This document shows, in pieces, positions 9,967 to 20,975 of a stretch of 64,000 nt of DNA. The DNA comes from Caecitellus pseudoparvulus (Eukaryota > Protista > Bigyra: Bicosoecida). The first letter of the stretch is position 1. Every line of letters begins with the position of its first letter. Made by a program: the position numbers and the translations under genes. The DNA lies in contig CBFFRQ010000093.1 of assembly GCA_965644315.1 (NCBI GenBank), forward strand, positions 1-64,000. The letters run 5' to 3'. The notes beneath the pieces are model-generated. The model had not been told where the DNA came from and made no database searches. It worked only from the letters and a program-made list of their open reading frames with translations.

Positions 9967-11429
9967 TCAGGGCCACGGCATCACTGTCCTCCGCGGCCCA
10001 GTGTCGAAGGCGGCTCGCCGGCCCTGGCGCAGGCTGTCCCACACCTTGCCCCACGCCCAGGCCACCGCCGTCTCCAGGGCAGCAGCGGAGGCGGCGCTGT
10101 GCTTGGGAGACCACGGACAAGGCGTGCTGGCGAGTCCTCGCACGCTTTGCAGCATGATTGACACGGCACTACCCTCCCCACTACCCTCCCCCTCCCCGCC
10201 TGCTATCCCGGCCTGCCATCCACTCCTTGCGCTGGGATGGGTGCCCCCTCGCGCCGCCGCGATCGCCCACTGCCTCGACACCTCCAGCGCACCAGCCAGC
10301 AGCGCGTGGGCCACTTCCCTACTCGGCGTTGCGGGGCCTGTCTCAGCGCTGCCTGAGGTGACGTGGTTGTCGCAGCACAGTACAGTGGGCACACCTGCCC
10401 ACCACAGCAGGGGCAGTGGGTGCTCCCAGTACTGTACAGCCTCGCCACGACGGGCGCTGCCTGCGACATTGGAAGTCAGGCAGACTTCCACTGTGGCGCC
10501 ACTGTCCAGCAGGAGCTGCAGCGTGCTCTGCTGCTTGATGGGGGCTTGTGCCCAGCAACTGCGCGCCAAGGCAGCCGCTGCCGCCGCCTCGCCATTTCCA
10601 CCGAATGCGCACAGGTGCGGGGCCACCTGCAGCGCATGCCCCACACGCTGCGGCAGGCAATCCAGCGGTCCTCGTAGGGCCGCCTCCAGAGACCCTCTCG
10701 AGCCAGGCCACTCCCCTGCGTGCACAGTGGCGCTACCGCCGTCTGCCCGGAAAGCGGCCAGTATTGGAAGCAGCCACGCCCCGTCACCATCAAAGGCCGC
10801 AGAGCATTCCTCCCCGGCTACATCCAGGCCACAGCCATAGCGAGTGGCTAGGGACACCATGTCCTCTGCGTGCTCGCTCCCCAGCGTCCGGAGAATACAC
10901 AGCGTCACGCGCGCATTGCTGCTCCCAGCCGGCAGCCCGCTGAGCACGGCCTGCAGAGCCTCCTCAGCCGTCATGCCTTGCAGAGTGTGCAGCTGTGGGC
11001 AGAATCTCAGCTCAGTGTAGCCCTGCAATGCAATGGGTCGTAGTTGTGCAGGGGCAAGCTGCGCAGTTGCCGGGCAGCACGGCGCACACGCACACAGCCA
11101 TCCTCGGAATTTGATGCGGAAATCAATGCTGCAGCTTCGCGAAGGGCAGGCGGGCTCTGAAGGACGCTGTTCATGAAATCGAACACTCCCAGGGAAGTGT
11201 TTGCCTGTATGCCCTTTGCCCCTGTGTCATCCCAATACTGGCTGATGTTGCGGGTCCAAATGGCTTCCTGCAACTGGCGTGCTGCGGAACTTGTGCTCTC
11301 CATGCCAGCATGCTGCAACAAGAACTTCAGCGGCACAGATCCATCCAAGTGGGTGTGCAAGTCAACCTTCCTTAGTTTCTTCGTGTGGGGCAGCAGCGCC
11401 TTCACGGCTCGTTGCCACACCTGCTGCAT
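9967..11429 (-). CDS. Adenosine/adenine deaminase family protein (intron 11023-11093; 3' end uncertain)
   Basis: Motifs KVDLHTHLDGS, EDGC|GYTELRFCP, HAGE, RVGHA, EVCLTSN, HPL and CCDN match the ADA amidohydrolase family. Confidence 0.85.
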
Positions 11430-11781
11430 GCTGCCTTGGCAAAGGGGTGTGCGAGAGCTTTGGCTCCGGCTGGCTCAGGCTCCTGTTGCACTGGGCATGG
11501 CAGTCACCAAGTGTGCTGCTAGCAGCCCCAAAGTGAGTGCAGAATGAAGAGGTGTTGATATTTTTGCTCGTGGTCGTGTGTTTGCCCCAATTGCGTGGTG
11601 GCAATCAAATTATTCGTTGTGTTTCGCCTGTACTGTTCGAGTCAGTTTCTAAGATTCTGCTTTCTATTCTAACGGAAGACGAAGCTGGACTGTACTTGAC
11701 ATAAGAGAGTCTTCATCACTGCAGCTTACATGCTCAGGGCACACGCGAAAGTTCATTTTCAAACAGCAACCTTTGTCTATG

Positions 11782-12597
11782 TTAGTCTTCCCCATCTGAG
11801 CCTTCCAAGGCAGCGACCGTCTCGATTACTGCTCGTGCGACAGCTGAAGCCAGCTGCATGATGCACTCGTGAATGTTGAGTCGATACGTGGCTACATGCT
11901 TCCAGGCACGTTGAAATTCGAGGTGGCTGACGTACCCGTCGCCGTTCTCGTCCATTAGAGCAAAGACTTCTGCGGCCAGCGCACCAGCGCCACCAGTCAA
12001 ACGGTGCTCCAGGGACTTCCACTCGGCCTCCACAAAGTCCCACAGGGTGCCATGCTGTACCCACCGATTCATGGCCATGGTCAGCACAGTCGAAGCGACG
12101 GCGCACTCTTTGCGGTTAGCCTGACCAGAGAGGCCGAGTAACCTGAACCGCATAACGAGGATCTCTAGCACAGTCTCCAGGACAGCCTGCACCGAGCCTG
12201 GCTCAAATGTGCGTGCCAGAACTTGCTCTACAAACATCCCCACTTCAGTTTCGTCAATGTCACCGCTTCCGTCAGCGTCCAGCACTTCGAAGGAGCCCAG
12301 GCGGAGGAACTCACTGAGCAGCTCCGCGGATTCCAGGCGCTCCGCCTCCTCCAACCACGCATCTTCGGCCAAGTTGTGATTCAAATCTACAAGCAGTTGC
12401 ATGGCTCCCTCCACCTCTTTCCCACCGTGCTCAACGTTGTGCTCGGCGCTCACCATGGCCCACATGTTTGTGCCTTGCGAGAAGCATTGCCGTTGCATCG
12501 CATCCTTTAACAGCCGCCTTTGCAGCCGTTTGCGCAAACGATCCGGGTCCCATGCAATGCCACAAGTTTCACTGAGGACTGGTGAGGTCGCTGCCAT
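11782..12597 (-). CDS. EF-hand calcium-binding protein
   Basis: Two canonical EF loops: DADGSGDIDETE and DENGDGYVSHLE. Confidence 0.75.
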   Translation of the reverse strand: MAATSPVLSETCGIAWDPDRLRKRLQRRLLKDAMQRQCFSQGTNMWAMVSAEHNVEHGGKEVEGAMQLLVDLNHNLAEDAWLEEAERLESAELLSEFLRLGSFEVLDADGSGDIDETEVGMFVEQVLARTFEPGSVQAVLETVLEILVMRFRLLGLSGQANRKECAVASTVLTMAMNRWVQHGTLWDFVEAEWKSLEHRLTGGAGALAAEVFALMDENGDGYVSHLEFQRAWKHVATYRLNIHECIMQLASAVARAVIETVAALEGSDGED

Positions 12598-12723
12598 GGG
12601 GACGGCGTGTTGCGGAAATCGATTGCGTTGACTCCGGCGTGTAGGCAAGGGTCCTCGGCCGACTGCTGCCGTCTTCCTACCGACCTGGCACTGTGCTGAC
12701 AAAGAAGAAGTCGGGAAGTTAAT

Positions 12724-14412
12724 TTAGTCGCTGTCATCGCTGTCGTCTAGAATTGTACCCCCCCCGGCCACTGCCTGAGCAGGGAGTGTCGTTTGGTTGT
12801 GCTGCCCTGACACGTTGCCCCTCGCCTTGGAGCCAGCTCCGCGTGGCAGCGGGCTGCTTTCTGCGCTGCTGCTTGAGGACTCTTCTGCCAGGTCAAGGTC
12901 ACCCTGTAGCTTGCGTGCGATTGAAGACTGCCGCCGGTCCGCTGAAAAAGCCTGGTGTCGGCGACCTGCACTGGCCGTGCCATGCGCAGAATGCATATCT
13001 GTTGCGGACTGCGAACTGGAGCTGGAGTGCGAGCCAGAACTCGACCCAGAGCTGGACCCTGAGTCTGAGCTGGACCTCGAGTCCGAACTGGAGTGCGAGA
13101 GGGAATCCGACTGTCCGCCATGGGCTGTCTTCGGCGACAGAGGCCTGAACGCCGCTGCCTCTGGGAGATGCAAGGCACCACTGCCATCCACAGCGAGAGG
13201 GCGCCTTGGCAGCTTGGTGGCGGGGCTGGCGCTGGCATCCGAGGCCGTGTCTGGGTCTGAGGAGCCGAGCCCGGAGCTGCCCAGGCCGGCATCGGCCCGT
13301 GCCCTGTCGAGCAAGGTTGGGTCTTCAAACGTCTGCCGCAGGTATGCCTCCACCTTGTCAGCCAGGGCAGCGACGTCTCGTGAGACGAGCTTGGTGGCGC
13401 GCAGGCACAGCGCCCGGAAGCGACGCCTGCAGTCTGCGGCGGCGAGTCCAGTGCTGGAGAGGAGGTGCACCACGCCAGCCGCTACGCCGTGCCAGTCCAC
13501 GTGGTCCCACGACTCCTCGCCGTCGTCCACGACGTGCGCCAGGAGCACGGCGTCGGCGTACGGCGTCCACACGTGTTTGCGCTCCCGCAGGCCGAAGGAG
13601 CTGTACCACTTGGACATGCACTGCGCCTCGCAACGGGACTTCACAGCGCTGGCCACGGCTGGCCAGTGAATGCGCACCGCCCCCGGTTTTTCCACGTGGC
13701 CCTGCTCCTTCATGACACTCAACAGGCGCTCTTCCTCCGAGGTGCTCCACGGGCCATGCAAGATGCCTGGCGCATGTGCCTTGTACGTTTCGCGAACCAC
13801 GAGAGGGTGCCGCTGCATCATTTGAGCGATCTTCTTCCACTTGGGGCCATGAATGCCCACGAGGTGGCGCAGCTCCTTGATTTCTTCATCTGAAAATTTC
13901 CCCCTGTAGCTGTGTGGGTGCAGGAGGCGCTGAGCACGGGCCCGTAAACTCTGCGAAGCGGCGCTTGGCTTGGTGCGGTATTTGCTTGCGGAGACTGGTT
14001 CTGGCCACGCACCCTTATAGACCGTGACGTGAAGTGCTTGGAGATGTTCACCCAAAACCTGCCTTGGCCCTCAGCCTTGTGCTTGTTCACACTATCAAGG
14101 ATGACATCCTGACCGGACAAAGCGAGGCGCAGGTGCGGGAACAGCCGCCACCTTGGAAACAGCGGCATGGCTCACCTTTTTCGCCTCCTCATCCATGCCC
14201 CTCGCATCGCACTCGGCGTTGAACAGGTCCCGCAGCAGGTCATCCTCCGATTTAGACCACACGCCTCGTTTTAACTTGCTCTGGGCCGCCGGCAAGTCGG
14301 CGATCTGCCACGCCGACAACTCTTTGCCATCTTGGGCTGGCTCAGGTGCAGGTTGGCCAGCGTCCCCGCGCGGCCGCTTCCGCGCCCGGCGCCCAGAGCC
14401 CGCAGCAGCCAT
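12724..14412 (-). CDS. Myb/SANT-repeat DNA-binding protein, REB1/TTF1/DMTF1-like (two introns near the 5' end)
   Basis: Repeats RGVWSKSED, FWVNI, RGKFSDEE...HGPKWKKIA, GPWSTSEE...IHWPAVA...RCEAQCMSKW and WTPYAD...VDW, followed by a Ser-rich tail. Confidence 0.8.
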
Positions 14413-14499
14413 GGTACTGAAGCTCGCTGCTCTCACACTCTGCATGGAAGCATGGGCGTCGCACAGGAGCGTATGCATGGATTTTGCTGGCGCTCACGC

Positions 14500-16552
14500 C
14501 TACTGCTGCTGCGCGGCAGTCAGTGCCTCGTTTTCCTCACACGCAGCGGTGAAGTCCTTCACGGCCCGCACGTACGCACGCTGGGCAGCCTTGAGCTCAC
14601 CATGTGCTGATCGGGTCGTCTCCAGGGCCAGCCGCCGCTCTCGCAGAATGCCCTGCTGCTCGGCCAGGCTCGCTCGAAGGCCGTCCAACGCGCCGCCAAC
14701 AGAACTCATGAACTGCCCCGTTCCAGTCGTGGACTTCATCGCTGGCTCGAAGGTTTCGCCCATGGAGGACAGCAAGGAGTCCTCATGCTCCAGGTACTTG
14801 CGCCGAGCAGTGGTGGCGTTGAAAGTGGTGTAGTGCGCGCGCAACTCCTCCATCTGCCGCGCCATCGTGTCGTACAGCTCCATGAACCGCCGCTCGTACT
14901 GCAAAAGCTCCCCCCTGGACGGGACATCGTCAATCAACCGTTGCAGGCGGTCTACTTCCCGGCTGCGCCTTGCCAGCATGCCGCGCAGGCGTCTCTGCTT
15001 CGCCAGCGTTTCGCTGTAAGCCGCTTCGATTTCGGACAACCGCGCGCCATCCTTGGACTCGCTCTGTGATCCAGCTGCGCCATCAGCGGCCGCTGCAGCG
15101 GCGACTTTGAGGCCCGCCAGCTCTTGCTCGAGCTCCACAGCCTTGCGCCGGCAGTTGGCTTTGAACTCCTCCTCTTGCGTTGCAAGCGTGCCTTGCATGT
15201 GCTGCAACTTGCGAATCTTCGCAAACACTGCCCCTTGCCCCATCTCCTCCACCGAGTGGGCGATGGCATCCAGCGCCGCCTGCAACTTGGGGCCATACTC
15301 TCTGCGTTTTGACAGCTCCTGGCGCAGTGCTGCGCTTGACTCCTCCGCTGCGCTGGCTTCCTCCGCTGCAATGTCTCGCTTAGCCTCCGCCACCGCCAGG
15401 CGCCGGCGCAGGGACGCCACCTTCCGCGTATGAGCCTGAGCACGGCCCATGGCAGTGTTGGCCAGCAGTTCTCCCGATTCTGAGGCACGCTGCAGCTCCT
15501 CAGCCCGCGCGCTGTACTGTGCTGTCTGCGCACGCAGCGCGTCAGCCTGCAACGACAACACGCCACCCACAGCGTCTCCGCTCAGCCGGCTGCCACCGCC
15601 GCCGCCTGAGCTGGACATGCCAGACAAGATCTCCTCCTGCATGGCTTTGTCCTTCTCGGCTTGCGCCTTGGCGCGTGCCTCCGCCGCTTTCTGCGCCTTG
15701 GCCAGCTTGCGGTCGCTGGCGTGCTCCGCTGTGGCGCCCCCGCCCTGCCCCCCCTCGCCTGCACCGCCCATGATGCTGCCACGCTGTGTGCCAGACATGC
15801 GCCCCGTGTCAATGCGCTCGCCGTACTCCAGCAGTGCGCAGGCAATGCGGGCACCAGCGTCCAGGTTGCTGCGCCACATCCCGGCGTTTCTCCGGTACTG
15901 CCGCTTGGCAGCGTACCTGTCCTGCACTAACCCAAGGAAGTCCGTGCTATGAGGCACTACTGTTCGCGGGACAAAGTAGTTGGCTTCAAAGTGCGTCTCT
16001 GACCCAGCGCGGGCGGAAGCGCTGTGGGCAGCGCGGTACTCCAGCACCCTCGTGACGAGCCAGCGCACGACCGGCAGCATTGCGTCGAAGTGCTTGCCTG
16101 AAATCTGACTGGACTGCAAAGATGCAGGGCACCCCATGTCACGCAGCACGTCAATGACCTTTTCTCCAATGCGGCTGTGACAGAGCGCGGCAGAGCGGCG
16201 TGTGGGTGCTTGCCAGAGCTAAATGAAGCGCGGCACCAACATCTTCTTGCCCAAGGACAAGCTCTCGTCAAACTTCAGAGACACCGATGCAACGCTGCCA
16301 CTATTTGCAATTGCCCAGCACATGCCGCCGATCACCTATGGAGGGTGGGAGGCGCTTTGGATACGGCCAGCGCAAAGTGCACTGCACTTTGCGGCTTACC
16401 TTGTCGAAAGGCGTCAGCCCAGGCGCACGAGCCCGGAAGTAACCAGCTGACAGAAGAAGCCCCAGAACTTCAGCTAGTTTCGTCGCCTGCAACTGCGACT
16501 CCTCTGTGGACGTCTGGTCCTCCCCGCTGGCTGTGGCTGCGCTGCTAAACAT
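14500..16552 (-). CDS. CCDC93: Coiled-coil domain-containing protein 93 (CCC/Commander complex), intron-containing
   Basis: [34 protein letters not shown]...PVVRWLV and [23 protein letters not shown] are CCDC93 signatures. Confidence 0.9.
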
Positions 16553-16785
16553 GGTGTGTGGCCTTGCTCTCTGGCACGCGTCAGGCTCATGCACGGCCCA
16601 GAACGTGACAGTGACCGGTGATCCACCTTCACTGATAAGCTGAAGAGACCAGGTGGATCTGGAAGGTGAGCCAGGGCGCGGGTTGTGCCTCGCTCCTCGG
16701 AATGTGCGTGGCGCAGACTCTCAAGCCCTCTGCACATCATCGCACACGCAGCGTGCAGGGAGCGACCTCAGCGCCCCCCCCGACC

Positions 16786-19700
16786 TACCAGAGTGCACCC
16801 AGTCACACGCACACTCTGGAAAGCCCCGACCTCGCGTCATGCGGGTTGCACCAAGACATCCTCTCGGCTCGCCAAGTCACTGGCGTTGCTGCACGCGTCA
16901 AACTGCGCCAGCATGCAGACTCGCAAACTGGCCAATCCCAACATGACGCACACTTCGTACGTTGCAGCTTGACGTCGTGTAGGTGTGTAGCACGTTGCAT
17001 CCCAGCTGCAGGCCTGCCATGCTCTCCACAGCAGCCGGCGCAAGCCGGCAGAAGGCAAGTTGCGCGCTTGCGGAGTTAGCCAGCGCCGTGTGCAGCCCGG
17101 TGCTGGAGTGGCTGCGGCAGCCTGGGGAGCAGCAGTGGGCTGGTCGACCACGCACATCTGGGAAGGCTGTCATGGCTGCGCAAGGTGGCAGCACTGTCGC
17201 TGTGCCGGCGCCAACTCCTGCGCCGAAGAAGGTTGCGGAGCTCGAGAGCTGCCGTTGGTGGCCAAGGTTGACTCCTGACGAGCAGGGGCAGCTGAAGCAG
17301 CTGCTGACCAAGCCAGAGGCAGCAGATGTCGATGGCAGGCTGTATGATGTGGCCAGTGTGGCCGTGCGCAGCAACATTGTAGGTGGGGCCGTGCTGGAGC
17401 GCTGTGCATGCGCAGCATCTGAGCACTTGCTTGGTGTGCAGGCTGGCCCGCACCTGGACACCATGGCCATCATGCTAGAGCCAGGCGTGTTGCGGGATGC
17501 GTACGCACTCTTGGGTAAGGCGACTGGTGGTCCTGATCCCCTCACGAGGCTGGGCACGTTTCTGGGAGTGTGCTTCCGGTTTCCTGTCGAAGGCTTGATC
17601 CAGTGGTTGGAGAGTGATGCAGCGCTCAAGGTCATTGGGCTGACTGACTCGTCTGGGGACGCCTTGCCAAGCAACCTGTGCGCTGTGTTGAAGGACAAGG
17701 TGAAGCGCCATGCCCTACAAGCTCAGCTGGCGTCGTACAGAGAAGTTGTCGAGGCGAAGTACGACGGATGCCTGGCAGCGATGGCGGCAGACACCAGGCA
17801 GCAGGTGACGGAGGCCATGGAGGCTATGGCGGAGGCGGGGTACAGCGACGAGGCAGTGCTGGTGGCGAAGCGTGCAGTTGTGGGAGCCTCGGTAGGTGAC
17901 GGCAAGCGTGGTCGCGGGTGTCAGGCGCACGCACCTGTGAATGTGCTTCCTTCGCAGCCATACGTGAAAGGTGAGGGAATGGCGGTGTTGTTCAGTGCAA
18001 AGCTGCTGGTGAAGACGCGGGAGGTGCTGGGGGCGCCTGACCATGATGTGGCTGGCGTCAAGCGGTACTTTTACTTCTGGCGCTATTGTATGACAATGTC
18101 CCTGCACGATGTAGCGTGTGCATTGCATGGACTTAGGTCGCTAGGGCCAGAGGGGATGGAGACTGAGACGTGGGTCAGCTTCGTGACCGAGCACCTGCAG
18201 CTGACAGCCCGAGAAGTGGAGTTGGAGGCCAAGCTGGGCAGCATGCGAGAGTTTGCTGAGAAGTTCGATGAAGTGGTGGCAAACAAGCGAGGGACAGCCA
18301 GGGCTGAGAGAGCTGTGCAGGAGTTCAAGGACGCAGGGGGGGATGATATGTACCTGTTCATCATCAAGTATGCATTTGCTTGGCGTGATGTGAGTGCTGT
18401 GCGGGCGTTCACGCCTGTGCTGCGAGCCGCTAGGCAAGCACGTGAAGCCGCTCCAAGCACAGGTAAGCAGTCGGGTAGATGCTCTGGAGGTGTGGCTGCG
18501 TCCTGATCTGGCAGGGCAGGTCTGTCGACTGCTGGGTGCGCCTGTTTGGGATGCTCCAGCAGTCGAGCGCGTCAGAGGCTTTTTGGTCATCTGCATCAGC
18601 GCAACCGCTGAGTGGCTGCTTCCGGGGGTGAAGAGTGGCCAGTTTGGACGATCCTTTGGTGCTGACGAGGCGGCATGGGCCACGTTTCTCGCTGAGCACC
18701 TGAGACCAGTATTGCACGAAGCGGCGCTGAAAGCCAAGCTGGACACGATGCAGCCATACATTGACAGGTTCGACGAACTGCTGGAGACGTCGGGAGCCTC
18801 CTCCAAGACTGCCAAGGCCTTGCAGAAGCTGAAGGATGCAGGGGGCCATGATGTCTATGTGTGCATCGCCAAGTACGCCTATATGCGTTCCATGGTGAGT
18901 GCAGCGCAAGCGCGTCGTCTGTGCTGTGCGGTGTGGAGACCCATCGCTTGTGCCCGCTCCGACCACAGTGCAGCAGGCTGGACGCGTTTGGGGTGTTGCT
19001 GCGTCCTGAGCTGGTGAAGCGGTCGTACGAGGTGTTTGGATGTCCTGAGCATGACACATCGGTGATCGAGGACCACCGCATGCACTTGCTGTGTTGCATG
19101 GACCAGCCTCCTCACACCATGAGGGAGACGGTGTACGGCGGGACTCTGCTGCACTTCACCAGTGTTGACAGGGACAAGTGGCGCCGGCTGCTTTTCCGGT
19201 GTCTGACAGTCATGTGCCAGGAGGTAGATGTGAGCTGCAAGGTGGCCAGCATGCAGCGCTCGGTGGAGCAGGACTTTGGTCCGGCCCTTGCCTCTGTCTC
19301 GGCGGAGGACCAAGGGAGGGTCGAAGACGCGCTGGCAGCTGCCTCCGAGCCAGGTGTCGACCAAGGTGCAGTGGCCATGGTGCAGTTCGCGTTCATGACG
19401 ATCGAGGTGCGTGCTTGTGCCGTGTCTGCTCGCTTGCTTGGTCGACAGTGTGTGTGCTGTGCAGCCGTCCACAGCCCCCACCCGCCACCTTCACAGGGCG
19501 ACATGAAGAACACAGACATGCTCGTGGCGCTGCTGCATCCTGACATGCTGGAGCGCACTCACAGCGTGCTGGCTGCAGGTGTGCAGAGCGAAGCCAGCGT
19601 GGAGCGCCACGTGGCCTTCCTGAGACAGTGCATGACAGAGCCACAGCGCCCCATGACGGACGGGGAGCGCTGCCGCCGCTTCCCGTTGCCTGACGGCGTG

Positions 19701-20158
19701 TGTGCCGAGGAGCTCGATGCGCTGTTGGCGGACCTTGGCTTCGGGGACCCGCGGTCGGAGGCTCCTGCTGAGCCTGCTGGGCTGGGTGACGTGCAGTGGG
19801 GGCAGGCAGAGTGTGGCGCCTTGCCGCGGCCAGGCGAGCATGTGCCTGCCATGGTCAGTGTGCGTGCAGGGTAGGGCCAGTGTGTGGTGAGGTGCCACGC
19901 GCGTCGTGGCCAGCCCTGGTGCCGAGTGTGGCGCAGGGTCGCTGCCGTTCCATGTGCCGTGTCCGGTGCCTGGTACGCTGCGATGCGCCATGAGTGACAG
20001 TGAGACCAGGCGCCTTGTGGAGACCGTGTGCTGCAGGGGCAGCCTTGGTTGTGCTGGCGTAGCTGTGTTGCGAGTCTGCGGCCGAGTGTGCGGTGTGTCA
20101 AGTCACGGGCACGTGCCGATGTGCAGGAGCGCATCGGCCGGTGGCCTGGCCATGTGGG
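16786..20158 (+). repeat. Segmental duplication copy 2 (of 1-3373)
   Basis: Same colinear alignment as copy 1. It sits between the CCDC93 5' end and ZNHIT3. Confidence 0.95.
17172..19874 (+). CDS. Helical-repeat family protein A2; predicted join(17172..17378,17442..17891,17958..18389,18463..18894,18969..19406,19497..19874)
   Basis: Paralogue of A1 with the same exon lengths, intact frames and conserved GT/AG sites. Confidence 0.75.
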
Positions 20159-20462
20159 ATGTGCACGCCGAGTCTGACGCGTGCAGTGATGTACTGTTGT
20201 AATGTATTGTTATACTACTCATAGGAGTGTGCATTTTCATTCCTTGTGCCTCAGGTCGAGCGGGATGCCCCCGAATTGCGTGCCTCTACGCCTGTGAGAG
20301 AGAGGCACACAGGCGCCAAGCTAGGAAGATCGAGTCCGAGTTAATCAGCGTTCAAACATTACATTTTTCACCTCACAAGTAACCCACCTCATGAGCTCAT
20401 TCTCGACGCATCATTGAGCTGCTGTTGTGCACCAGCGCTGAGCGTGGCAGGTGAGCCACAGC

Positions 20463-20969
20463 ATGCCGCCCAAGGAGTGCTGCATCTGCAGGGAGGACAG
20501 CCTGTTCCGGTGCCCAAGCTGCAAGCTGCGGTATTGCTCTGGGGAGTGCTTCAAGGCCCACAAAGCGCAGTGTGAAGCTGCAGCAGCAACAGCAAGCCAG
20601 GACAGTGAACACGACGTGAACGTGCGGGTACCAGTAGCTCCCGGGAGTGGCAGTGCAGGCCTGGAGGTAGACACCGAGGACGATCCGTATCGAGTGGTTT
20701 TGACGCCGGAGCAGTTGCATGGTCTGCACACATCGCCAGAGGTGGTGCAAGCTCTGCGGGACACCCGCCTGCGGAAATTGCTTGTTGCTATCGACACCGC
20801 GCCTGACCGGGAGGCTGCCTTGGAGCGCGCGCGGCTGCAAGACGAGCATTTTCGAGCTTTCATTGACAGCATGCTGGGGGCCGTGGGGTATGCTGAGCCG
20901 GTGACCAGCGCCACGGTCGGCTCCCACGCGATTCCTGACGGGTACAAGGCCTACTCCTTCTCTGGCTGA
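20463..20969 (+). CDS. ZNHIT3: Zinc finger HIT domain protein 3 (Hit1; box C/D snoRNP assembly)
   Basis: zf-HIT motif CCIC...FRCPSCKLRYCSGECFKAHK plus a C-terminal region LRDTRLRKLL...IDTA...FRAFIDSML. Confidence 0.85.
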   Translation: MPPKECCICREDSLFRCPSCKLRYCSGECFKAHKAQCEAAAATASQDSEHDVNVRVPVAPGSGSAGLEVDTEDDPYRVVLTPEQLHGLHTSPEVVQALRDTRLRKLLVAIDTAPDREAALERARLQDEHFRAFIDSMLGAVGYAEPVTSATVGSHAIPDGYKAYSFSG

Positions 20970-20975
20970 AGATCG

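Noticed and set aside
16983-18506. 507-aa single-exon ORF suggesting A1 has a premature stop at 1119-1121
   Set aside because: That stop lies inside a predicted 66-nt intron that is also present in gene B, so A1 need not be a pseudogene.
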